NCBI RefSeq assembly: GCF_036321535.1 | Contig: NC_087437.1 | Span: 114,578,001 to 114,642,000, forward strand | Direction: 5' to 3' | DNA from: Camelus dromedarius | Taxonomy: Eukaryota | DNA: 64,000 bases | Part shown: positions 26,248-36,030 of the stretch, in pieces | How positions within the stretch are numbered: the stretch's first letter is position 1 | Layout of the letters: each line of letters starts with the position of its first letter | Translations under genes and position numbers: made by a program | Notes under the pieces: model-generated | The model's database searches: none | The model's input: the letters and a program-made list of their open reading frames with translations, nothing else | What the model was told of the DNA's origin: nothing

Positions 26248-26374
26248 GCTGAGTCACAGCAGGGGACGACACACAGCAGGTGCCCACCTTTGTGACCTCA
26301 ACTGTCACCGTGATGGAGTCAAGGTGACAAGCCCAGGCAGCTTAGCCAGCTGTGCCCTGGAAAAGCTGAGTCAT
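26248..26374 (-). promoter_or_regulatory. Two ARE/AP-1 motifs (RTGACTCAGC)
   Basis: GCTGAGTCAC at 26248-26257 and GCTGAGTCAT at 26365-26374, about 1 kb upstream of the CBR3 ATG; motif match only. Confidence 0.5.
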
Positions 26375-26696
26375 AATGAGATCACAGCTCTCCATAAATC
26401 TCAAGGTCCCTAATCAAACATATTTGGATCTTTTTTACGCTAAAGAAGGTGGATGAGGGAGTTCTAATTTCTTGTCCACATCGTGACACACCTTTGGGGA
26501 TTCACTTTCAGTTGAATTTTGTTGGCACAGAGTTCACTGAAAGAATATATATATATATATGTATCCTCTTTGGACAAACCTAAAATGCACACTTCGCACC
26601 CACAGGAGTTATGTAAGATGAATAAAAAACATTCGGATAAGAGGATTGGCACACAGTGACAGTTGCATAAACATTCTCTCCCACTTGGGGGCGCAC

Positions 26697-26706
26697 GGGG
26701 AATCCC
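26697..26706 (+). promoter_or_regulatory. NF-kB consensus site
   Basis: GGGGAATCCC fits GGGRNWYYCC, about 600 bp upstream of the CBR3 ATG; motif match only. Confidence 0.45.
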
Positions 26707-26989
26707 ACAGAGCGAGGTACCCGGCCCACACCTGTGCATCTACTCATAGGATCCTTTTTCTCATTCCCTCTTGAGTTTCTTTTAAGCAAGGAACGGCATC
26801 TACGTCCTGAGAAGCAGTTGCCGTGTCGAAATAATTTCACTGTACTCAGGGAAAACCAAACATTCTCATTTTGCGGGCGCACGCCCAAGAAAATTACTCA
26901 GCACTTGTTTTTCTGCTTTTGGGGTTCTCCAACAATAGTTTCTTCAATCCAACTGCAGTGAAATCTCTAGACGCTATCGACCCACCACC

Positions 26990-27900
26990 GTTGTTTTGCT
27001 TTGAGGGAACCACCTCTCCAACCCCAGACCACCGCTTGGCTCAGACGCGGGAACAAAAGGGCGCAACGCGGGGAGGGGGCGGACCCGGGAATGGGGCGTT
27101 ACGAAACCTTCAGGAATAGACAGCCCCTCCTCGGAGGGGAGGGACGGAGGACCAGAGCCTCGTTCTCTACAAGTTACAGCGCTGGATCCTAGAACACAGC
27201 TCTTCCTGGCTTCTCTGCCTGTGGCCGGGCCTCCGCAGCGCGCACCGCCGGTGGCCCACAGTCCAGTCTGCTCTCCACCCAAGGGCACCGCGCGCCGGGC
27301 ACCCAGCCATGTCATCCTACACCCGCGTGGCGCTGGTGACCGGGGCCAACAAGGGCATCGGCTTCGCCATCACGCGCGACCTGTGCCGGCAGTTCTCGGG
27401 GGACGTGGTGCTCACCGCACGGGACCCGGCGCGGGGCCGGGCGGCCGTGCAGCAGCTGCAGGCCGAGGGCCTGAGCCCGCGCTTCCATCAGCTGGACATC
27501 GACGACCTGCAGAGCATCCGCGCCCTGCGCGACTTCCTGCGCAAGGAGTACGGGGGTCTCAACGTGCTGGTCAACAACGCGGGCATCGCCTTCAAGAGTA
27601 GGTGCGGGGTTGGGAGGCCCCCGGGCGCTCCGAGGGTGCGGGGCAATGAGCCGCAGGAGCCCCCCAGCCATCCACTTGAGTGATCCGGAAAGGCAGCTCC
27701 CGCCCTCGGGATGCTTGCAGCTCTCGCCTTCCGTGGCGAGTTCTCGCTCTCCGGAGTCCCGGGAGCAGTCCGCCTCGCGCAAGACCGGCGCGGCTGCCGG
27801 GCACAGCGCGCCCCGCCCGCCCACTGGCCTGTGCGGGCCTGTGCGCAGCCTAGGGCCCTCCCAGAACTGTCAACTGCTGCGCTTTGCTAAAGAATCGGTC
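26990..27900. promoter_or_regulatory. CBR3: CBR3 CpG-island promoter / exon 1 region
   Basis: Dense CpG and high GC; GC boxes such as GGGGGCGGA near 27075; overlaps the first exon. Confidence 0.85.
27309..27597 (+). CDS. CBR3: Carbonyl reductase 3 (SDR family), coding exon 1
   Basis: ATG in gccATG context; MSSYTRVALVTGANKGIGFAITRDLCRQFSGDVVLTARD...LNVLVNNAGIAFK with TGxxxGxG and NNAG motifs; donor A|GTAGGT at 27598; 289 nt, phase 1. Confidence 0.96.
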
Positions 27901-28659
27901 TCCAGGGAGGGGACCACACCCTGCTAAGCTCATCAGCTTTCTAATGCAAGAAACATTTTCTCTGCCAAGGGTCTCCACACTCACTTTGCGCTTTCGCTTT
28001 CCTTGAAAGGGCGCATTCACAGACACCGGGAGGCATCTGCTCCGGGACAGGAAGTGAATCTCGGAGACACAATTAGCGCGCACTTGCACGTTAGTGGACT
28101 TGAGAGTGTTTAACGGAGAGCTTTGATAGGCTCCGGCAAAAAGGAAGCGAAAGTCGTTCCCACCCCCAGGGAAGCTTTGTTTGTTGTCAAACATAGAAGT
28201 GTGGTTTTTAGTAGCATCTTCCCTTGGGGGGGGGGGGCGGAATTAGAGCTTACTTAGTCTGCTACTCAAGTAAGAAAGTTATTGATCTGCCAAGTGATGG
28301 GGGTAGAAATAAACAGGCCAGCCTCACTTACTGCGTAGTGGGGAAGAGAAACCCAAGAGGCAGAGCGGAGGGAAATGAAGCATTGTGAAGCGTTAAGTTC
28401 ATCCCCTTGGCCTTGGGCACTCGCCAGCGCTGTGCACCCGCAACTCCGTCTGGAGCGCAGCGGGAGGTGGCCGGCACCCCACCCCCAAGCCGACGGGGCT
28501 GAGGGATTGGTGGATAAATACCCGGCTTCCTGGACAGCGCACGGAGAAACACTCGTGTCAGTGTTTCTGAAGCTCTCGCCGCTCCAAGTGTGGGCGGTCG
28601 ACCCGCCGCACCCGCTGGAACTGCACAATCTCCCGCCTTGCCCTACACTCGCGGAATCA

Positions 28660-28915
28660 CAATCTGCCTAATAACAGAATCCCCAGGTGCCTCCCATGGC
28701 CCTTCAAGATTGAGAACTCCTGGCTTTGATCACTGCTGCTCAAAGGGTGGCTCCCAGAACAGTAGCTGTAGCGTTACCTGGGAACTCGTTACCAAAGCAA
28801 ATTCCGGAGCCCCACCCCGGACCTTCTCGAGCCCAAACTCCGGGGGCGGGGCCCAGAAAGGTGTGCGCGCACCCGCCCTACAGGCGACTGAGATGCACGC
28901 TTGAGGGCTGAGACC
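28660..28915. mobile_element. MER5A-like fragments in CBR3 intron 1
   Basis: ctgctcaaagggtgg...acctgggaactcgttaccaaagcaaattccggagccccaccc. Confidence 0.55.
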
Positions 28916-29042
28916 CACAGACCTAGAGATTTAAAAAATCACTTGAAAGGTAGCTTGTTCTGCCTTCAGTTAGAGAGAGATCCGCTTTGTCAATGACTTT
29001 CCGGGGGAAATGCATGACTTTGTTTTCTTCTCTTTTTGAAAG

Positions 29043-29150
29043 TTGATGATCCAACGCCGTTTGATATTCAAGCTGAGATGACGCTGAAGACAAACTTTTT
29101 TGCCACGAGAAATGTCTGCATAGAATTACTGCCGATAATAAAACCTCATG
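29043..29150 (+). CDS. CBR3: Carbonyl reductase 3, coding exon 2 (absent from the ORF track)
   Basis: Pyrimidine tract plus AG (29041-29042); reads (I)DDPTPFDIQAEMTLKTNFFATRNVCIELLPIIKPH(G); donor GTAAGT at 29151; 108 nt keeps the frame. DDP/FDI/EMTL/KPH are CBR3-type rather than CBR1-type residues. Confidence 0.95.
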
Positions 29151-29957
29151 GTAAGTCCAGCCGTGTTGACTGTCAGGCTGCATCCTTGTAGCAAGGAGTG
29201 AGCCCCTGGGCGGTCCCTCAGGAATCACCCAGGGATGCTATTTCTGTGTGTGTGTGGGGGGGGGACATAGAAAATTGCATTGTTTTCTCATAGTACCTGG
29301 CTCCCTCACCTGAACGTTTCAGCTCTATTGAAAGATATGCTCTTAGGTCCTGTGTCATGAACTCAACCCTAGAATGATAAGGTGTTGCAAGTCCCAGAAG
29401 GCCTCTTGCCTTTGAGCAACTTCAGTGAGTCCTTCTCGGCTCCCCAAGGAGATGGGGAAAGGGTCTGTTCTAGCATTATTATGAATTTTCCTATATTCCT
29501 TTTTCCTTGCACCAACATTTGTCAAGCTGATTCAGAATATCCCCCCCCCCAAGAAAATTTATTAGGAAATATCTTGCCCATGCTTTCAAATATTCAATAA
29601 ATAACATTTACTACTTTTCCACAAAGATTTGAGTGCCTACGGTAACCCAGGCATCACGCTGGGTGCCGGGGATACAGTAGGAAGCATTGTGGACACAGTC
29701 CTGTCCATGGAGCACTGAGTCCAGTGGGGGAGACCATCGCTGACAAAGAATCCTAAGTGTGTAAATGACAACTGTGCTGGCAGGTGGGGAGAGAAGGCTT
29801 GCTTCCTTGACGATTTTCTTTCCCAAGAAGTCAACTGTGATTCTTAGGAAGAAAAACTCTCTGGTTCTTAGCAGAAATGTGCTTTTCTTAATTTAACATT
29901 TTGAATAAATATGATCTCTAGTGCAAAAATATTTAAATCTAAAAAAGATGCATGGTG

Positions 29958-30090
29958 GTGGGAATAGCTCAGGACTAGGACATATGCTTAGCATGCATGA
30001 GATCCTGGGTTCAATCTCCAGTATCTCCACTAAAAAGAAAGAAGGAGAAGGAGAAAAGGAAAAACTTTACCAAAAAAATAAAATAAAATA
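29958..30090 (+). mobile_element. tRNA-derived SINE (Vic-1-like), CBR3 intron 2
   Basis: atagctcag...gcttagcatgcatgagatcctgggttcaatc; TSD aaaagatgcatggtg / aaaagacgcatggtg. Confidence 0.85.
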
Positions 30091-30559
30091 AAAAGACGCA
30101 TGGTGAGAGTTCCACCCATCTACCCATCCACAGCCCCCCACAGATAATTCTCTTTATTGGTTTCTTAGTGGGATGGGATCAGAAAGCCCATAGGTAGAGT
30201 TGCAGGTACTCACTCAAGGAAGTTTTGCGTCCAGGGACATGGAGTCGATGAGTGCCCAGGGCCGAGGATGGGGATTTTAAACGGAAATCTAAGCAAACTT
30301 CAATGCATATATTTTTTTGCTCCCCTTCTTACAAAAACAAACAAACAAAAAACCAAGAAAAAGGACATTAAGAACAATGTTTGCCACCTTGCTTTCTTCT
30401 CTTATTACATCTGGGACTCTTTCCAGATCAGGACAGAAAGCTGTCTTATTCTTCTTTACAGCTGCATAGTATTTCCTTGCAGGGTGTCTTTTACCAAGTG
30501 TCAGGAAGGCTTCCCCCTCTGGATTTTAAAATCACAGAATTTAAAAGCTGCAAGGTATT

Positions 30560-30680
30560 GAAGAAAACTTACATTCCTACACCTTCACTTTACAGAGAAA
30601 GAAGCTGAAGCCCAGAGAAGTGAACATGGCCAGGTAGTAATAGAGCTGGAAACAATACCCAAGTTTCTTGCCTTCAACCT
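30560..30680 (-). mobile_element. MIR fragment
   Basis: ctttacagagaaagaagctgaagcccagagaagtga. Confidence 0.55.
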
Positions 30681-31409
30681 TCAATCAAATCAGGAGAGTT
30701 AGTTCCAGTGGGGGAAGGATTACAGAGCCAAATGATTGCAAACCAAGCCACTTCGAACGATAAATGAAGGCTTTGGGGAGGGTGGGGGCCCACGGATCAA
30801 CCCAGAGCTGGTGAATAACTGTCTTTAACCAGTTTTCCATAAGAGTAATTCCCAAAGCGAGAATCTGGCTTACAACACTTGAAAATATTAGTGAGTTTTC
30901 AATAAACCTCATGTTTACCTGGAGAGCAAAACGCTGATCACCGTTGCCTCCTGGTTTGTAGGCAATCATCTTCTCCCCATACAAAGCTGATTTAAAAGCC
31001 ACTCTTTATTTAGCTTTATAATCGCTTTAAAGAAAGTTATCCAGCTTGCTTATTGGTTCAAGACTGAGTGAATAGGTTAATCCACTGTTCAGCCACTAGA
31101 TGGAGCTACTTGCCCACCTTTCCCAGAACGCGGAGAGGATTGTTTCTGGACCTCAGCAAACAGTGGTGGTGGTGGTTTGGGCTCAGCTGGGCTGACTGAA
31201 CCCATTTAGCTGTTGCGACTGACTGTCACCCCTTTGCCTCTGCCCTAGAGGTGTGCCCTGAGATCAAAAAGGACACTTCTTCCTCTTAGGAATTTTTTTA
31301 GTTCCACTGAAAGCATAGAATAGCTCCTGTAATGTGTTTTCCTTTACTTCCTTTCCTCACTGAATTTAATTCCTTGTAGCAGCCAAGTGCTTGAGAACAA
31401 AGCTGCTTA

Positions 31410-31960
31410 GAAAGTAATGAAGAACACAACATCCCTGAAGCAGAATTCCTGGCCAAAATATTGAAGTGAATCTACCATAAAAAAAAAAAAAAAAGCCAAT
31501 CCAAATTGGGGGAAGTACTACAAAATATCGGCTTAGACTCTTTAAAAAGATCACTGTCACCTGCTCCAGATTAAAACAGACTAAAGAGATAGGACAGCTA
31601 AATGCAATCTGTGGTCCCACACTGGGTCTTGGATAAAAACAAACCAAAAACTTATCCAGGAAGATTATTGAGACAATTGGGGATATTCGAATACAGACTT
31701 CAGACAATAGTGTTGTATCCTGATAAATGTCTGGAGTGTGACCACATTTTCGGTTCTGTAAGAGAATGCCCTGACTTACGTACACTACAGGGTTTAGGGT
31801 GAATGTTTTCGATGTCTGTCTACAACTAAGAGAAAGAGAGAAGGCAAATGTGGCCAAGTGTTAACAATTGGTGCACTTAGGTGAAAGGTAGATGGGTATT
31901 TATTAAACTATTCTTGCAACTTCTCTGTAGGTTGCAAAGTTTTCAAAATTAAAAGTTGGG
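31410..31960 (+). mobile_element. Ancient L1MC/ME-type 3' UTR
   Basis: ccagattaaaacagactaaagaga...ctaaatgcaat...gcaaatgtggccaagtgttaacaattgg...actattcttgcaacttctctgtag. Confidence 0.7.
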
Positions 31961-32587
31961 AAAGAACTTATGTTTTACCAGAGAGAGGGAGAGAGAGAAG
32001 GAAGGAAAGAAAATGCTAAGAGTCTTAGGTACCTGGGGGCTCAGTGAGAGGCTTGTGTTAAAGGACAGAGTGAGGGCATCCCTGTGTCAGGCTGGGCCCA
32101 CAAGGATATCTAAGCATGCGTGGAGCTGGGGGGGGTACCCTGCAGATGTGTCCCTGTGGTGAACACCACTTAGAAAATGAGATAAAATCCAGTTACCCTA
32201 TTGGATGCAGAGGCTGTGGATTCAGGATAATACGTGAGAAAAGAACCCTCCAAATTTGGTGTTTTTTGATGTTGGACAAAATGTAAATTTACATGTTTAC
32301 TAGTTTGGGGATTTCCACCAATGCTTCAAATTGTTTTATGGGTTTTGGCCTGTGATTTTTATTTTATGAACAGAACCATCTCTTCAGTAGCTGTGAATCA
32401 TTGTTAATATCAAGAGTAACTCATTAACTAATTATAGTTAATTATTTAACTATGGGCTTAAAAAAGCAATGAAAATCAAAACCAGGATGGAGAATCAACC
32501 CATTCCACATGTGAAGGTACCATCATTAAGGAGATGTGTGTGTGTGTGGGCAGAGGGGGCAGGATGTGTTTTATAAAACTACCTAGT

Positions 32588-32683
32588 GGGGGTGGGTATG
32601 GCTCAGTTGGTAGAGCACATGCTTAGCATGCACTAGGTCCTGGGCTCAATCCTCGGCACCTCCATTTAAAAAAAAAAAAACAA
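32588..32683 (+). mobile_element. tRNA-derived SINE (Vic-1-like), CBR3 intron 2
   Basis: gggtatggctcagttggtagagcacatgcttagcatgcac...cacctccattt plus poly-A. Confidence 0.85.
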
Positions 32684-32992
32684 AACAACTGCCCGGTGAT
32701 TCTCCCACAGACCCACCTCCTGCGCACCTAGTGGAGAATCGTTGCTCTTTAGCACTTGTTATAGACGAAAATGCGTTCTTCCTTTTGGCAGGATAAGGGA
32801 CAAAACGTTAAAATCCACTGGTGTCTTCCTGAGTCATGTCTTACTGCCTTTTGGAGGTATTTTTTTTGTGCCGTATAGAGTTATTTTTTTAATCAGCAAG
32901 TAAACATGCACCATGACTCAATCACGTGTTTGTCAATAGTCAACCAATGATGGTTTACTTGTGCCATGCTTCCATATTTTATTTTGTTTCAG

Positions 32993-33429
32993 GCAGAGTG
33001 GTGAATATCAGTAGTTTACAGGGTTCCAAAGCCCTTGAAAACTGCAGTGAAGATCTTCAGGAGAAGTTCCGATGCGAGACACTCACAGAGGAAGACCTGG
33101 TGGACCTCATGAAAAAGTTTGTGGAGGATACAAAAAATGAGGTGCACGAGAGGGAAGGCTGGCCCACCTCAGCTTATGGGGTGTCCAAGTTGGGGGTCAC
33201 AGTCTTATCAAGAATCCTGGCCCGGCATCTGGATGAGAAGAGGAAAGCAGACAGGATTCTGCTGAATGCATGCTGCCCCGGGTGGGTGAAGACAGACATG
33301 ACTGGGGCTCAGGGCTCCCGGACTGCAGAGGAGGGGGCTGAGACCCCTGTCTACCTGGCCCTCCTGCCTCCAGATGCCACCAAGCCTCATGGCCAGCTAG
33401 TCCGTGACAAAGTCGTCCAAGACTGGTGA
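32993..33429 (+). CDS. CBR3: Carbonyl reductase 3, coding exon 3 to stop
   Basis: Acceptor ttttgtttcAG; GRVVNISSLQ...SAYGVSK (catalytic S140, Y194, K198)...DKVVQDW-TGA; the three exons total 834 nt = 277 aa plus stop; synteny with DOP1B. Confidence 0.96.
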
Positions 33430-33454
33430 ACATCTGCTTTGACACTTGATGTTT

Positions 33455-33460
33455 AATAAA
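33455..33460 (+). promoter_or_regulatory. CBR3: Probable CBR3 polyadenylation signal
   Basis: AATAAA 25 nt after the stop codon, with GT/T-rich sequence downstream. Confidence 0.75.
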
Positions 33461-33625
33461 CGCTTGTGGAATGAACGGATGGATCCTGGCATTGTGGTTC
33501 GATTCTATTTCTGTACTCAGGGACCATCGATTAGAATCTCCCTATGAGGAAGTGTCTAGTTCTGGACTGGAGCTAAGCAATTTTGCTATACCCAGACGCT
33601 AGCCTGAGAGGGCGATGAACCTAAA

Positions 33626-33770
33626 CCAGTGGTTCTCAAATATTAGAGGGCGTCAGAATCACCTGGAGGGTGTGTCAAAACATTGCCCAGAACTGGGGCC
33701 CAAGAATGTGCATTCTAACAAGTTCCCAGGAGCTGCTGGTGTTGGGATGGCACTGACAGAAACACTAGTC
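33626..33770. mobile_element. MER5A
   Basis: cagtggttctcaaa...tcagaatcacctggaggg...gcattctaacaagttcccagg. Confidence 0.75.
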
Positions 33771-35849
33771 TAGTGAGAGGTCTCAGGGCTGGGGAGCACA
33801 TCCCAGCCCTTTTCCAGCTGTCCCTTGCTGTTTCTAGGTTGTCAACTCGGTAAAAACAACAAGTGATTCTCTGTTTCCTTAGCTCTGCGAGCCTGCTTTA
33901 TGTCTCATTCTGTTTTATCATATTTGAGTACATTTAAAATGGTTCTTACACTTATGAGGTTGTATAGCTTGAAGCACTCTTGAAGGAGGAATGTCCTTAT
34001 TTTGTGGGGATATGATTTCTTCCATAATGGGCATTTGGGTTTTGCCTTCCAGAATGTCTGCGAGATTGCCCTGCCACTCTTTTCATCTTGTTCGTGCGAG
34101 GAGGGCAACTTTGTCCAGGCCATCTCCTTGCTCTGACTCATGCGTGTTCTCTCCTTAACCTGTTTCCGCTCCCCTCTGAGCTACAGCCCACGGTGATCTT
34201 TTCAGATGCCTCCCTGAGCCCCTTTTGTAGTCCCTCTGACAACAGGCAACTCCATGCTCACTGCTTTCAAATGGGATGGGTTTTGCAACCAGCCTCCTGG
34301 GTTCTGGTTATACCCTGTAGAAAAAAAAGAAGACTTGGAGACCAGAGGACCTTATGAAAGAGAAGAAATATACTTGCAAGGAAAGTCTGCAAGGGATTCA
34401 AGACTCCAGAAGGTATGGCTAGCCAAACAACAAAAATACGACAGGTGCACAATGGGCAAAATACAAATGAAAGATGTCACAGATTTACCCAGTTTGCGAT
34501 GGGCTGTTCAGTAGGAGAGAGCAACTTTGTCATTTGATTATGACCTCAAAGGTCACATTGAACCTCATGACAACAGCACTGTAGAAATAAGGGACAATGC
34601 TGTTTTCCATTTGGGGATCAGTAAAGTATGGAAATGCTCAAGGCTTCATTTTGGTAGGCAGGACGACACAGGTGACACTGGTATTTCTGGTCTACCACAG
34701 GGTGGGAGGTATTTACATTTCTTGACTCTGACTTGTGATGGCAGCACGGTGAAGTGTCAGTCTAGCTCTCCCAGCCCTCACACTTTTCCGTCCACTTTGG
34801 GGGAAGTCTGAATCCCATCCAGACTGCATTTCACTTCCTTTAGCCGTCTCCCAACATTGCTTGATGAACGCCCCCATGCGCTCACGTTTGTCTCAGACCA
34901 CAGCTCCTAAGACATATTCATCACTTCTTGTTCAGCTCTAAAAGCATTTCAATGGCTTTCGATGTCTCCTGAAGACCTTTCATACTCTCGACTTCCTCTG
35001 CCACCAGCCCCCAGCCTCCCGCCTCCCGCCAGGGACGGGCAGAAGCATGGGGACCGGGGGGCACTTTCAGGCTCTGCCTGATGGAGACACAGACAGGAAG
35101 TGTACGGGTAAACAGGCTCATCCCTTTCGTTTCTTCTCCTGTTTTTGTCTCTAGCCGTTTCCCACCTTGACATTTTTGGATCAGCAACTACCCCACTTAG
35201 AAGACCCTTCATTGTAAGCTGCTGATTGGAACAGCATTTCTCATTTTTATGGAAAGGTCATAGGGGGGCCCTTACTGGACGGTCTGCTCAGCACCCTTTT
35301 CCCAAGAATTATCTCCTGGCCCCTTTCCCCCCAGCTTCTTTCCCATGTTTGCAGCTGTGGCAGCCGCAAGGTGACTTTGTCCTCTGTTGACTGTTCCAGC
35401 TGTGGACCCTTCCTCTGAACAGCAGGACCAGCTGGACTGGATCAGGGAAAGCTCAGAGCTGCTCCTGTGAGTGGCCATGCCCCACCCTACGTGGTCTAAG
35501 GTGCAGAGGGAGCCACGCATAGCCAGTGATGGAGGCAATCGACTCTCAAGAGAACCAGTTACAGAGTGGCCCAAAGGGAGACAGCTCCCCTCCCCACCGC
35601 GGCATCCATTCCCTGGCCTCAGACCATCCCTGTGAACCTGGATTCTAAGAGATGCTCCAAGATACCCTTATATCCTTAAAAGAAATCTCCCTTTTCCTTA
35701 AGCTAGTTAGAAGTGGCTTGTTGCTGCTTACAACCAAAAGGAATCTAACTAACAGAAGTGCATGAAGACATTTCTATGGTATGCTGTAGAGGAAAAAAAT
35801 AATTAGGCTTGGAATTAGAAAGAAAAAGCATCATGAATTGAGAACCCAG

Positions 35850-36030
35850 GGCATACTGGGCCGGATGCCATGCTTAGTACTTTGCCGACATTGTTTTACA
35901 TAATTCTCACAACCATCCTTTGAGGTAGGTATTAATGTCATTTTACAAACTAGGAAATAAAGGCTGGAGAGGTTGATTAACTTACACAGTATCGCACAGC
36001 TAAGAGGCAAGAGTCAGGATTGTGTCCCGG
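35850..36030 (-). mobile_element. MIR
   Basis: aattctcacaaccatcctttgaggtaggtatt...cattttacaaa...gagaggtt. Confidence 0.7.

Noticed and set aside
27598..27683. C-terminal extension of the 124-aa ORF, plus overlapping ORFs on both strands
   Set aside because: Read-through into intron 1; the spliced three-exon model gives the full 277-aa protein.
32926..32992. N-terminal part of the 167-aa ORF
   Set aside because: Intronic sequence upstream of the exon-3 acceptor.
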